Both the position numbers and the translations under genes were made by a program. Positions 26,980 through 40,363 of a DNA stretch of 64,000 nt are shown piece after piece (the first letter of the stretch is position 1; the number at the start of each line of letters is the position of its first letter). The stretch lies in NCBI RefSeq assembly GCF_009914755.1, contig NC_060935.1; one strand, 5' to 3'. The notes under the pieces are model-generated. The model searched no databases. It saw nothing but the letters and a program-made list of their open reading frames with translations, and was not told the origin of the DNA. This stretch comes from the human T2T-CHM13v2.0 reference genome, Homo sapiens.

Positions 26980-27710
26980 CCTCTCTGACTCCAAACATGT
27001 TGTTACTCCAGACCTCCCTATCTCAGTAAAACTACCATTATCCATCTGGATGCTGGTTAATGATTTTTCAGTTCTACTTTTGTTTCACTTGCCAACCTAC
27101 TACCCATCATCTAGGTGTGTGAATTTTTCTTCCAGAATATATCACATGTTCCTCATATTTTTTCATCTTTTCTACTACTATAGTCTAAACCACAACTATT
27201 GTTTACACAAATCAGTGTACCAGTCTGCTTGTGGTTCTCTCTGCTTCCATCCGTGATCATCCCAATTTAGTTTCCACAAGCAGACAAGGAGATTCCTTAG
27301 GAACCCAAATCAGAAAACTATGCAAATCAGGAATACGTACGTTAATGTTGTCCTGTATCTAGAAGACCCTTTGTATTCTTATTTGCCTGATTAACTCTTA
27401 CTTGCCTCTCACAATTGAATTCAGATATTCCTTCTAGAGTTTCATGAACACTGACATTTTCTTCCTTCTCCTCAGACTGGACTGAATGTCCCTCTCTGTT
27501 TCTAAAGTGTTCTATGCTTTCCTCTATCAAAAGCACTTTATTTTCTTTGTTGTATTGTGTGTTGACTTGCCTACGTATATATTTTTTCAATAGAATGTGG
27601 GTTGCTTGAGGACAAGGTCTATAATTTTTATTTATATATGTATTTTACTACCTGATATGTAATTAGTGCTCAGTAAATGGTGCAAATGAATGAGTAAATA
27701 AATGTAGATT
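26980..27710 (+). mobile_element. L2 fragments
   Basis: ctccctatctcagtaaaactaccatt...; ends gtgctcagtaaatg...aatgaatgag. Confidence 0.65.
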
Positions 27711-27842
27711 GTGATAATTAGGAAAGGTTTTATTTAAAAAAGGTGATACTAGACTTGGAATGTGAAATATTGTCAATGTGAAATATTTACAGGAATACTT
27801 ATTAGGGAAAATAGGGCAATGATTATTAATTTATAGTAAAAC

Positions 27843-28067
27843 CTTTATCTAAGTTTCCTCCTGGAATACTTCGCGTGAGACAATGAAATACACTAATCAG
27901 ATAGTTTTGACCCCCAACACCACAGTTTTTCTGGATTATGTTTGGATCATAATCTGGCTGAATTTCTGTGCTGTGGGATTTTAGCATGTTAGAATTATTA
28001 CTGTCAATATGTGTTCTACTGAGGGAATAAAATACTATTTAGAACAGCAACCAGTGCTCAAGAAAGC
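27843..28067 (-). pseudogene. CPLANE1-like pseudo-exon
   Basis: Strong acceptor ctaaactacctttccatag|, donor AAG|gtttta. NSARL*..EKLWCWGSKL weakly matches SIGRLLEWMIRWSNRRL. End phase fits the next exon. Confidence 0.55.
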
Positions 28068-28437
28068 CTATGGAAAGGTAGTTTAGCTTTTTTCATGAGT
28101 AACTCTTCATTTTAAGCCTTAATGATCTAAGAGAAATTAATGAAGCTATATGAAGTTGAACATACCATCCCATCCTTAGAGTCAAGAGATTAATTTTGTA
28201 TGCAATATAGATTACAATTTTTTGAACCGTAAGTGTGTATAATCCTTAAAAATCTGTTTCACCTTTCGGAAACATACTGGCAGTGATAACACAGGATTGG
28301 ACAGCTAGAAGGTTTATAGATCTTGATTAAAAGATAGCATTAGCTGTCTGAAAGTAGGTTTGAGTTCTACAGACTCAGAAAATATATATCTAAATGTGTA
28401 TGCATGATATTCATGTATATGCATGTTTCCATAAACA

Positions 28438-28517
28438 CATATGTATGTACATGCATATGTATGTACATGCATATGTATGTACATGCATATGTATGTACAT
28501 GCATATGTATATACATA
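28438..28517. repeat. 16-bp tandem repeat (catatgtatgtacatg) x5
   Basis: Four perfect copies and one degenerate copy; alternating purine-pyrimidine. Confidence 0.9.
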
Positions 28518-28579
28518 GATTGACAAAAAGCCAGACACACATAAATGTGTATGTGTATGTATATATACAATTTATATAA

Positions 28580-31500
28580 TTTTTGATACTCTTATGATTT
28601 TATAGTAATAATACATGTTCCTGGTTTAAATTATTCACAGTATAGAAGGGTATATGTAAAATTAAAAGCTTTCTGCTCCTCCGCCTCTGTGATACCCCAT
28701 ATCTTACAGAGGCTTACTACCCTACCATCTGTTATTCACATTTTCATTAAACCTACATGCTTTCACATCTTTATTTATTTATTTATTAATATCATTTTAT
28801 CAGTTGGAAAACATGTCCTGGCATCCTGTCACCACAGCTGGAATTTAGGACAGGTACACTGCCCACCACCTCTATTTTTCTGTCTTTTCCCTGCTTCATT
28901 TTTGTTTTCGTCTACTTTTTTGTCTTTCTAGTAGTTATATTTGTTAACAATAAAATCATACATGTCTGTACTTTTAGTCCATAATTGTTAAACAGTATAT
29001 ACTAATTCCTTCCTACATAATAAGAGAAAATTAAGACTCATCCACAGCTTCTTTCTGCCTCCTACTAACTTTTGTCAGTTACAACGTAAGGTAGACATTT
29101 TTGAAGTTCCATGATTTCTGACATGGATGTTCCATAACTAAAATAAACTTCCTTGAATGTTTATCTTACTATTCATTCTATTAGAAAATTAATAACCACA
29201 GCATGATTAAATAAGAATATTTTTAAATAAATAATACTATAATTTGACCAAAGAAAAGAAATTCTTTTTTTTTATCAAATCTGTATCACTCAAATAAGAA
29301 TTTTCTATATGCCTAGGTCAAATAAAATATCTGCTCCTATATTCAAGTATTTGCTCAAAATTATGTCTCCTTTAAGTTTATTTTATATTAAAAATACGAT
29401 TTTCTTGCACTTTTAAAGTTTAAATTATTTTAAAGTTTTCCAGAGATTTTTGTAGTTGTTGTTTATAAAGGAGACAAGTGAAGGCCTTCACTTTCATAAT
29501 CACAAAATTTATGGATAAAAATCACCTTCTTTATCACAAACTTTATGAATTAGCTTTTCTTCTAGCTTCGATCTATTGTTTTCTAGACAGGCTGCAGAGC
29601 GTCATCTTTGATTGACACCATTTCTTCTCCTAGCTTAGTTCCACCAGTCTTGGATTCCATATAATGTTATATCCTAAATGTACTTATTCTTTTGCTTGAG
29701 TTTATCCTCAGGAAATCTTTCTGAAGGAAGCATGTATAAGAAATAAAATATCTCAATCTGTCTAAAATTGTCTTTTAAAAACTTGATAGTTGAATTGAGT
29801 TTGGAATTACAAGCTTAAGATCATTTTCCTCAGAACCTTGTTTCATTTTCATCAGGCATTTGGTGCTGGTGGTGGGCAATGTGATGCCAGTCTCTGAGTT
29901 CTCATTTATTTGGAAGCAATCTGTTTATATTTTCCTTTCTGAAATCGTATATAATTTCCCTTCAAATTCAGAAATTTTACGAAGGCATTTATAGGCTTGA
30001 AGCTTCTATTCTACCCAATTTGATGCTCAGTGAATTATTTAAATACAAGAAAAGATTACTTAAAATCGTTGAAATTATATTCTACTATATTTTTTCGTTT
30101 TGTTTTCAAAATTTTATGTATTCTCTCATTTTGGAACTTCTATTAGATGGGTGCTACAATGCCTGTCCCATTCCATTGTGTTCCTTAATTTCTCTCATTT
30201 TCTATCTTTTCTTCATATTCTGAGAAAGTTCATAATTATTCCATCCACAATGAATAATTTGATTTAAACCATATCCATTCAATTACTTAGTCATTTCATG
30301 TATTTTTTAAAAAAGTTAAAAAGCTATTTGAAATTTCTGAGAAACTTTCTTTTGTATGATTGCTTTTATTTCTCATTGTAGTGTTTTTTTAATGAAGAAA
30401 TATTCTGTGTTATCTTTCTAATGGTAATAATTATACATTATAAAGTTCTCTTTTATTCTTTAAATTCTCTCTGGCTTTTTTAGCGTCAGCTGTTTCATTT
30501 GTTCATTTTATTTTTTCTCTTTCAGCCTGTGGGTTTCCTCAAATGTCTGATGAATCTTGCTTGTATGTTTGTATTTATGGACAAAGGACCCTGATAAACA
30601 TAAGAGAGCTTAAAGGAGTTTCCTTTGTAGGTTTATAGGTCTATTTCACTGAAGTCCTTTCCTCTATATTGGGAAGCTGACTACAGGTTTGTGGCATATC
30701 AGATTGTATGCATTGCTTTATGGTGACCTGGAGTAGTGGCTAAGAGCACGAGGCTCTTGAACTAGACTGTATACAAGATCCAACAATAGTACTTAGCAGT
30801 TGTATAAACTTAAGCAGATTACTTAATATTTATGTGCCCCAGTTTCCGTCTCTCTTAAATGGTGGTAATAATGGTATTTATCACATAGGGGCTTTGTAAG
30901 ACCAAAATGAATTGATTTATGCAAATAATTCAGAATAGTGCTGACATATAATTATGAGGCATAGAATATCAAGAGTAGTCAGATAAGCTGAGGTACTTTC
31001 TCAAATGTAAAAGTTGTTCAACATATGTTTATCTTAGGCAGAACTGCCTTCCCTTTTATCTCCTGTTGCTACCACCATATATTTTTAAAGGAAGTTTGAA
31101 GTTACTTTGATCTCTTTTGCTTCTCTCTTAGACATAAAGACTCATAGCAGCTTTTTCCCGGGGGGGTGCGGTGGGAAATGAACTTTCTATAAAAAGCAGT
31201 TTTATAGATTTATTCTGGGGAAAAACACCATATACTTTTCCTCTGTTTGGGAATGCCTGTAGAGGAGAAGTGCCACCTGATCAAGTTATTGTATAGATAG
31301 TCACTAATTACTCTGTTTATTGCCAATGTTTGAGCATGAGCCTCTTTCAAGTCCACTAGGGAGAAGAGCTCTTATGTTTTGCTGGTTAAATTCTAGGCTT
31401 TAACCTCTATTTTTAGGTTTCTAAGTCAATATAATCCTACGAGATCATGGGTTTCTCTAGAGAACTTCTTTGATATGCATATAAGAGCAATTTTCATTTT

Positions 31501-31612
31501 CAGGGTGTTTATGATTATTCATATTTATACATCCTTACTATCATTTCATAGTTGAGAAGAGGAAGGGAAAATAAAAACATACATTTGATGTGCCATCTTT
31601 CACCAGAACTCC
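28580..31612 (-). mobile_element. Highly decayed L1ME-type element with a nested MIR (~30725-30950, +)
   Basis: T-rich antisense L1 ORF1/5' sequence ending tgccatctttcaccagaac; boundaries approximate. Confidence 0.55.
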
Positions 31613-32207
31613 TGCAAAGATGTAACATGAGACAAAACAAATGGCTTCCCAAGAAGAAAAATAACAATTTTATTTTATTAGATTTTTTTGGCAGTTTATA
31701 TTATTATGTCCCTACAACAAAATGTATTTATTTACTCCTTGTGATTTTTTTATCATAAAAGTACTTAATTTTAAGACTTCTTTCTGCAGTCTTTGGGAAA
31801 AGGTGTGAGAAATTATGATGCCATGATACAATTTATAATTATGAAAATAATATCTAACTTAATAAAAATGCCTTTGACTATAATGAGAAATATGTGTAAA
31901 TGATAAAGTTGTTATTTGTAATCCATCTCATCTTCTAGAAAAAGTACCTTTACTGTGAAAAGTTTATAAAGAATGATACTAGAAAAAAGATTTATAAAAT
32001 CCTAGATTTCAGCCCCACGGGAGACAAGCCATGATTTCTATGTAAGATAAAATTAATGTTTGGCACCAATATAAATACATAATTGAGCTAACAATTGATG
32101 ATCATGAAAATACAGAGGGTAGAGAGAGAGCCTAGTGTTAGCAAAGTAAATCTTGCATTTCTGTTTTACCTACATGGTTAGCAAATATAAATTATAATAG
32201 TTGAACC

Positions 32208-33101
32208 TGTTGATGAAAAAAAGCCAAACTCTGTAAAATATTTGAGGAGTTTTATTCTGAGCCAAACATGAGTGATCATGGCCCAGGATACAGTCTCAAC
32301 AACACATGCCCAAAGTGTCTGGGTTACGGCTTGTTTTTATACACTTTAGGGGGACAGAAGTTACGGGCAGATACTTAAACCAATACATGTGAGGAATACA
32401 TTGGTTTGGCATGGAAAGGCAGGACTTCTTGAAGTAGGATGATGGGTCTCACAGGTCATAGGTGGACTCAGAGGTTTCCTGATTGGCCATTGGCTGAAAA
32501 AGTAAAGCCTTGCCTAAAAAGTAAAAGTCAGTAGAAAGAAATGCTTGAGTTAATATAAGGAGAGTGGGGAGGGTTGTGGAACCCAAGGTTCTTGTGATGT
32601 AAATGAAGCCTCCAGTAGTAGGCTTCAGAGGGAATACACAGTAAATTTCTCTTATTAGATCTTAAAAGATATCAGATTCTTAGGTAAATCTCTCCTGGAT
32701 CAAGAAAAGACCTGGAAAGGGAAGGAGATTCTCTGGATAATGCAAATTCATCCACAAGAGATGACCCTTTCAAGATACGCCAAATAAATATATTTTGGGG
32801 TAAAACACTGATATTTTTCAGGGCCTGTTATCTGTCATGTGGTACAATACTGGAGTCAGATTAGAGCTGGATATCTTATTGCTACAAAAAGTCTGCTTTG
32901 TCAGTCTTATGATTTCTAGTTTAATGTTAGTGGTGGTCAGTTGTGCCTAAACTCCAAAGGGAAGAGTTGTAATGAGGTATGCCTGACCTCCCTTCGCATC
33001 ATGAACTGAACTCATTTCAGGCTTTCTTTGGGATCCTCTTGGCCAAGAGTTGGAGGGTACATTCTTAGCTGGGGAGCTCATAATTTCATTGTTGATTTAC
33101 A
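32208..33101 (-). mobile_element. MER4-family (ERV1) solo LTR
   Basis: tgttgatgaaaaaaagccaaactctgtaaaatatttg...tttaca; TSD aacc/aatc. Confidence 0.85.
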
Positions 33102-33658
33102 AATCTTAATAGTGAGGCAATAGTATCGTGGTTCTATTCTCCTTGCTATACTGAATCATTGTAAAAATGTGTTCAAATGATTCTATTTCTCCTGAGGTTT
33201 GTTCTCACCTTAATAATCAAATACAAAGATGGCATGCATTACAGAATCAAATACAAAGATCTTAAGAATCAAAGACAAAGATGGCATGCATATATATATA
33301 TCTTATCACATTAATTTTGCCATAGTGAATAATTCTATAGAAGGTAGCTTGACATATTACAAAGAAAAAGCTATGAAATATCCAGGACATATGTTCTTTC
33401 AAGCACCCTTCTTCCTAGCATGTACATATTGCCACTTAAAAACAAAAACCTTGTTCCTCTGAAAAATTCAAATGAGATTAATTAATAATTTTTTGAAGAC
33501 AATTTAATTGGCTATTCCTTGATGCAAAGGATTACTGGTGCTGGCCAAGCATAATATAGACTCAGTCAGCTGTGAAAACTTTTTCAAACAGCCTTGCCAA
33601 CATAGAGACTCAGTCACTGGAGCTTCTCCCTTCCCCCAGCCCTACCACAAGCATTGAC

Positions 33659-33799
33659 CTTCAGAAACGAAGACTAAATAGAAGTTTGGTGCATAAGAGT
33701 GCTCAGGATGATGTCAACAAAAACATATCCAATTGTGCCAGATAGTCGAATTTTCTTGTATTCTATTCCATGGTTATGGCCAAGTAGTTTAAGTGAGAT
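33659..33799 (-). pseudogene. CPLANE1-like pseudo-exon
   Basis: Dead acceptor tcttcataa|, donor AAG|gtcaat. FDYLAQLDMFLLTSS*ALLCTKLLFSL vs DEYIKFLDLFL..FLTSF..LNSLLFDV. Confidence 0.7.
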
Positions 33800-34265
33800 T
33801 TATGAAGATAATTAAACAAAACACAAATATTCGTACATCATCCAAATGGGGGAAGAACTCCAGATGCTGCTAGTTATAGGAGATATTTCAAGGTATTAAG
33901 GCAAGAGTTTAGGAACCAAAATTATCAAGTGAGTAAACACATTAATTGGACAAAGATTTTCATATGGTCTGTTCACAAAATTGGGTTTTAAAAACACTAT
34001 AACCTGTATGTGTAGAATCCAAAATAAAACGGTGCTGTTTATGAGACTGTTTGTTCACTACTCAAGGCAAATTAGGTGCCTTCAAATTATAGTGGTGTTT
34101 GTTCTGTTCAAAGAAGTTCAAGTTCTCATACACTGGTTCATTTGACAGAAACAAACTTCAATGAGCAGTGTGAAGTAAAGAAGAGAATAAGATGAAGGAA
34201 CAGAGGAGAGTTCAAAGAGGCATTTGACAGTTTATCAAGGTATAGTTGAAGGTACCTCACTTTAC

Positions 34266-34314
34266 AGACACACACACATGCAGACACACACATGCAGACA
34301 CACACACACACACA
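34266..34314. repeat. Imperfect (CA)n
   Basis: Seen directly in the sequence. Confidence 0.85.
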
Positions 34315-34564
34315 TCCTACCAAACAATAGTAAAGAATGTATGATCCTTTCTTACCCTTTTGCCCCTTTCTCTCTGCCCTCCCACAAAAATAAGATTATT
34401 ATCTCTGACAGAGAAATCTTTGTTCAAGTCAACTAGGTCCTTTGTATACCATACTCAAGGAACCCCACAAGGAAGCCAGGAAAAATAATTTCTAAATGAA
34501 TAACTCTATAAGGAATGTTACTTTGTGTGCACGTGTATTTTCAAATCACCCTTTTCATGCATAC

Positions 34565-34670
34565 TTAAGGACTATATAAAAAGCAAAGCAAGCACTATAT
34601 CTTTCTGCTTCCACTGACAAGCAGTGGTAACTAACTCTTAAATCAAGTGTTCTACTGATGTCTAAGAAAT
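34565..34670 (-). pseudogene. CPLANE1-like pseudo-exon
   Basis: aatttcttttag| ... TAA|gtatgc. SVEHLI*ELVTT..LALLFI*SL vs NMEELIQDIILS..VAEIFVKAF. Confidence 0.72.
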
Positions 34671-35019
34671 CTAAAAGAAATTGACATTTTGCTCTGGACA
34701 AAAAGGGGATATGTATTATTTTTCTTATTTTGTGTCAGCATGTCTTGGAGCGATCCACTTAGTATGAGATTAATGCCTTTAATTGCTTGAAATAGAACAT
34801 CTGTGGTTATCTATCATATTTGATCATACATACCACTATCAATCACTCAGGAGAATAACACCTAGTAAAGTTTTATCTGTGGATAGACTATGATAAAATC
34901 AGCACCCCACATTTTGACATATGTTTTCTCAGAAGTCACTAAATCTGCATATGCATGAGGTACTTTCTTAGACAGAATTCCTCTAGAGTTATCTAGTTTT
35001 GCAGATAACTTTTAAAAAC

Positions 35020-35290
35020 AACAATAATACTAGCTGATGTTTTCTGACAGCTTACTTTATGTAAATCATTGTTTAAAGTATTTTAAATGCATCCTTTCAT
35101 TTAGTCCTCAAATCCACCCTTTGGGGCAGGAATTACATTTCCCTTTCCTGATGAAGGAACAGATGTCAACTAGTCAGTAATTTGTCAGTAATTTTTTAGT
35201 AAGCTTAGGCAGCTAATAACTGGCAGAGCCAGGGTTTGAACTTGTGACCTTTTCCTTCTAGTTCCTGTAGTCTGAATCATTGCATAATAT
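35020..35290 (-). mobile_element. MIR
   Basis: catttagtcctca...ggcagagccagggtttgaac. Confidence 0.7.
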
Positions 35291-35909
35291 GATTTCTAGT
35301 ACATTTTGGATAGGTTATTTTACATGTCTCTCTAAAAGATGTCGTATTTTTATAGTTTGTTATAGGTGAGTTCTCTGCTCTGGGGATTTTGCTATCTCAG
35401 TAAAACCCAAAGCCATATTGAGTCACCACTGTAGAAGGAAGACCTAAGATGTTCCAAGAAAGTGATGGATTTTGAAGAGCAATCTGAGAACAGGCAGAGT
35501 GGCTATGCATCAAAAACAGGAGGCAAACCTATTCTCTTTGAGTGAGGATTATAGAGAGTAAAATCAGAGATCTCATATGGAGAGAATAAGAAATATGTGA
35601 AGAGAAATATCAGACAACTCTTTGACAAAGTACAGGCTTTCAAAATGGTAACAAAAACAATATTTATTCTATGAAAATATATTGACCTATCTTCTTTTAT
35701 GAAATATCAGTTATATATATATGAGAGAATCAACACATATATTCTGGTATGGGTTTTTTGTAGGGTTGTATAAAAAGTCTGTATGTTTATATATTTAATA
35801 TGTTTTTGTATATTATGCCTGCAAATGGTACAGTTTGTGTTGCTGTATAGGGTTAATATTGGTGTATCTAGAGTTAGTAGGTACAATTCTCTTTTTAGTT
35901 ATACATAGT

Positions 35910-35948
35910 GTATATATATATATGTATATATATGTGTGTGTGTATGTA

Positions 35949-35984
<36 letters not shown>
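35910..35984. repeat. (TA)n/(TG)n microsatellite
   Basis: Seen directly in the sequence. Confidence 0.9.
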
Positions 35985-35985
<1 letters not shown>

Positions 35986-36035
35986 TCCCTAAGAATGCTC
36001 TTTTTATAAATGGAATCAATGAATGTGTTTGTTAC

Positions 36036-36622
36036 ATCTTGGCTTGTAGATATATAGCACTAATATATTTATGAAATGACTATCTGTTGCTCCAGCACTA
36101 TTAACAATTTAATCTTTTCTTTTGGCCCTGGTCCTTTCACACTGCATGTGTTTGCATGCAGAATCTTTCAACCTCCAACAAAGCTACTAAATTATAATGC
36201 TAACCAGATCTTAGCATCTCTGACAGTGTCTGCCTTTGCAGACAAATAGCTCAACTCAGAATAGCAGTGATTTGCTATCTCCCTGTGACTAGTTCACAAA
36301 TAGAATATTTGCCAGGGATGAGGAGAAGTGAGCGGGAGTAAGTATTGTTGTGGAGAAAGCCCAGAGGGAAGAGCCCTTCTTCTATTATGGAATTCATGAT
36401 GTGAGAAACGGGACATCAAACTGTGTGCACACTGTGTATTTAGGCAGCACCATCCTTTTTTGAAAAAGAATCCCCTTTTCTGCGTTATTTAAGAGCGAGA
36501 GTTCGCAGCTACTCTGTATGTATTCCTATTGCAGGGAATGCTGGGCGTATGGCTCGATTCTATCATGTAGGCAAAAGAGGCACCAACAGAATCTCAGATA
36601 TTGCCTGTGTTAGCTGAGGAAC
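36036..36622 (-). pseudogene. Large CPLANE1-like pseudo-exon (helical region)
   Basis: Acceptor ttccccttgtaccacag|. With frameshifts: GLFPLGF vs GLVPFGL; R*QITAILS*AICLQR vs RQKVSGILQRVLLLFR; NLVA/LCWRLKDSACKHMQCERTRAKRKD vs ELCALCWMLHVRDKLSYSCRQYQKARENVKGEKD; KYISAIYLQAKM vs HCLSAVEWAYRM. Confidence 0.78.
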
Positions 36623-36839
36623 CTGTGGTACAAGGGGAATAACTTGAAACAGGAAAGCCTAACATTCTAGATTGTGAATCAAAAGAAAAACTGAACTCTC
36701 TCAAGTGACAGAATTACTCTTTGGATATTTGTCACTAGAAAGGGTAAAGTAATAGAAGTTTGTGTTCCTTTTACTGTTAATTCTAAAAACGTAAATGCCT
36801 AGCCTACTTTGTTATTTCTATAAGTTATTTAATATTATT

Positions 36840-37015
36840 GTGATTCTTTAGAATAATCCTGAGGTTTATATATGTTTTCTCCATTTTATAGATAAGTTAA
36901 TTGGGACTCAGAGTGATTAAACAATTTGTCCAAGGTCATAGAGTTATTAAAGTAGTACAGGTGGGATCCTAACTCAAATGCGTCAGATGCTAAAACCTGC
37001 CTTCCTTTTATTATG
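36840..37015 (-). mobile_element. MIR
   Basis: ccattttatagataag...ttgtccaaggtcatagag. Confidence 0.7.
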
Positions 37016-37151
37016 CCATATTATTTCATGGCAAGAAAGTGAAGGAGGCTCTTTATTAACTGGGCTTGTTGCTTGATTTTCTATTAAGATTTCCCTTGTG
37101 CATTTCTATCACCGGGTATTCTGCCTGAGTACACTTTCCAAAAATGCTTTG

Positions 37152-37278
37152 CATTTCTGAGTAAACAGTTGCCATACTTTATAATTAAATAATTTGTTCT
37201 TATTTAAACAATACATTTCTGAGCAAACAGTCGCCATACTTTATACTTAAATTATCTGTTCTTATTTAAACAATACAT
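37152..37278. repeat. 62-bp tandem duplication
   Basis: 37152-37213 vs 37214-37275, 5 mismatches. Confidence 0.9.
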
Positions 37279-37488
37279 ATAATGAACGCTAGGAAGTCCA
37301 GTTCTCCTAGTTTGAGCCTTAGAGGGCTCAAACTTAGAGCTAACTTTGTTTCTAATATTTAAGGAAGTAAAACTTTAGGGGAAAATTAGTGAGTTTTATA
37401 TGTTAACTCACAATTTTGAACTAACTAGTATTACATAGGTACAATTTATGTTCTATAATATGGACCTTGGTATATTCTAACATACTCG

Positions 37489-37985
37489 GTCGAGGAAACC
37501 CTAACCCAGCGGCACTAGAGGAATTAAAGACACACACACACAGAAATGTAGAGGTGTGGAGTGGGAAATCAGGGGTCTCAAAGCCTTCAGAGCTGAGAGC
37601 CTCGAATGGAGATTTACCCATGTATTTATTGACAGCAAGCCAGTGGTACGCATTGTTTCTATAGATTATAGATTAGAAGTATTCCTTATGGGAAATAAAG
37701 GGATGGGCCAAGTAAAGGGATGGGTCTGGCTAGTTATCTGCAGCAGGAGCATGTCCTTAAGGCACAGATCGCTCATGCTATTTATTGTTTGTGGTTTAAG
37801 AACGCCTTTAAGCTGTTTTCTGCCCTGTGTGGGCCAGGTGTTCCTTGCCCTCATTCCTGTAAACCCACAACCTTCCAGTGTGGGCGTCATGGCCATCATG
37901 AACATGTCACAGTGCTGCAGAGATTTTGTTTATGGCCAGTTTTGGGGCCAGTTTATGGCCAGATTTTGGGGGCCTATTCCCAACA
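37489..37985 (-). mobile_element. MER9 solo LTR (HERV-K HML-3)
   Basis: aaccctaacccagcggcactagaggaattaaagacacacacacagaaa...ggcctattcccaaca. Confidence 0.88.
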
Positions 37986-38619
37986 CCTTGTATTATGTAC
38001 TAGTCTTGTCCCTAACACTAAGAGAGAAGGGACGTACAGAAAGAACAAAAGAAGACAAAAAATTCAACCCTGGGACTATGTAATCAAAAGGGACATTGAG
38101 CTTGAATTCACACATAAAAACATTCAAATGTTATCCTGGTAGTGAAATTTGCCTCAAGTGAGATTTATCTGATAGTGTTCTCTGCTCCTCAGACTTGATT
38201 TTTTTATTTTTCATTTCTCATTTATTAAGACTCTTAGTTTCAGTGGGAGTTGAGACAGTCTGCTTTGTTATTGCTCTCTCTCAAGACAGGTAACCTATTA
38301 TGCAGATCTCTATGAGCTTCAGAAGGAGAAAATGAAAACCAAAAGTGAGAATGTAGAGGAGGCATTAAGAAACTGTGAGAATTTCATGAACTAGGCAAAT
38401 TATGACTGAAAAATAATCACAGGCAAAAGCACAGGGTTATTCTTGTTAGATTGGTTCTTTGATTTTTGAGATGTTCATTTCTAATTTTGCAAACTGCATC
38501 ATTACAAAAGAATTAGACGCTTGTCTTTCAATGTGACAAGAATTTAGGAAAATGTTACCCCTTGAGAGCTCTAAGTGAAATTATTAATAGTAAAACAAAA
38601 CATTTTCTGAATCTAAGTC

Positions 38620-40230
38620 TATGATATTTTTTAATACTGAAATGCCATTCCTAACCTCCCTTCTAAATCTATATTGCAAGACCCAGCTATGCTACAACCG
38701 CCAGTGTGAAGCTTCTCCAATTTCCATGCCACCCCCACCTCCTGTCTGCTTCCAGCAGACAGAATTAATTACAACTTCTTTTTCCTTCTCGCAATATGTA
38801 ACTAGCCCTTCCACTTAGTTCTATGTAACTGGGACTTGTATTATAGACAGTTGTGAGTCTGCTTTCTGTGCTAAAGTGTAGCTTCCTTGAAAGCATCTTT
38901 TTATCCGACTCCACCTATTTGACTGCAAGCACTGAGTGTCTGACATACAGTGGATGCACAATCTTGGCTAACTTTAAGCTGAATTGAAAGTTAATTTCTA
39001 GCTAATTCTCAGTTCTAAGCAGAATGTGAAGTATAGGACTGACATTATTTAGCAAATCTGGTTGTTAAAGTTCTATATTCTTGTATACCCAAAGCTACTC
39101 TACAAATTAGTGCTGAGACCACTTCAAAAGCTGCTGGAGAAGCTTTTCAGCAATACCTCAAATTCCAAAGCAGCTTCTGGTGCCTGTATTTTCGATAACA
39201 TACCCTGGTGCTACTGATAAACTGTCAAGTTTGGCAACCACTAGTTACAAATTACTTTGTATTTTGCAGGGCTATTAATAAAGTAATAAAGGTATACAAA
39301 GTAAATTTATTTATTCAAATAATATACATTAATCTCCATTTTCACATAGTGCACAAAATAGTGTTGATTGTTGGCCTCTTCCATTAGAATGTAAGCTGTA
39401 GGACAGCAGGAAACTTCTTTGTCTTATTTGCCTCTAAAATTCAATGCCAAGTGCATGCATAATACAATCACCCCATAATTTGTGTCTCCTGATTCCAATT
39501 AGCAGCAAGAATTATTTTTCCAAATCAAGAGCTAAACGTGGAATTTCCTGCTTGTAAACCTTACTCCTACAGAGTGGTTTTCAAACATTAATATATATCA
39601 AAACAAGTTATGGGATTTTAAATATATATTATTTTCTGGGTTTTCCCACAGAGATTCCTTCTCACTTGATCCTTTTTGGGGACAGGCAGCTCTGCAAATA
39701 ATTCTTAATCACAACCAGTATCAAAAACATCTACTTTGATTATAAAAAACCAAACACTTTGATAGCACTCAGGATACTTCAAAATTGGACCACAGTTATT
39801 GCCCCAGGTTCTTTTTCATAAGACATTATACTCTAGCCATGAGTTGGTTTTGACTACTTGCAATCCCCTAAACAATTTTCATTCTTCTCAGGAATTATAC
39901 ATACTTTCCCATTACCAGAATACTTTTCTCTCTCATTTGTATTCAGTGAAATTGTCATTGTGGTTCAAAATCTAGTACTAAAGTTACTTAGGCCATAAAG
40001 AAGCTGGTTTGCCCTAGAACTTATTTTCTTCACTATGCTTCCATAAGAGAGTTTATACATCTTATAATACCCATTTCATGAAATCATATTTTTTGTTGGC
40101 CTCTTTCATTTAAAGATTGTGAAGCACATATACGCACATATGTACACACACATATGTTTAATTTTTATAATGTCATCTTGAATACAAGTGGGCATATAAT
40201 AATGCTTAATACATATTTGTTGAATTTCAT
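38620..40230. mobile_element. Mosaic of L2 and MER5-like fragments
   Basis: L2 3' motifs (tagaatgtaagctg; tgcttaatacatatttgttgaat); MER5-like at ~39100-39245 and ~39570-39720. Confidence 0.5.
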
Positions 40231-40255
40231 TAAAGATGTTTTGTCATCTTGAATA

Positions 40256-40363
40256 CAAGTGGGCTTCATCCCTGGGATGCAAGGCTGGTTCAACATACAC
40301 AAATCAATAAACGTAATCCAGCATATAACAGAACCAAAGACAAAAACCGCATGATTATCTCAA
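40256..40363 (+). mobile_element. Isolated ~108-bp young L1PA ORF2 internal fragment
   Basis: caagtgggcttcatccctgggatgcaaggctggttcaacata...atgattatctcaa; no tail. Confidence 0.88.

Noticed and set aside
31583-31611. 29-nt minus-strand micro-exon (ctttgcag| ... AAT|gtatgt) within the exon chain
   Set aside because: Coincides with the apparent 5' end of an old L1ME element, and the flanking exons can join without it.
34565-34670. Fully open frame FLDISRTLDLRVSYHC... suggesting a live coding exon
   Set aside because: The CPLANE1-like match is in a different, stop-containing frame; the open frame is probably chance.
37152-37278. Tandem repeats as a CRISPR-like array
   Set aside because: Eukaryotic DNA; simple duplication without spacers.
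37556-38142. Longest ORFs in the track (175 and 140 aa)
   Set aside because: They lie largely in an antisense MER9 LTR.
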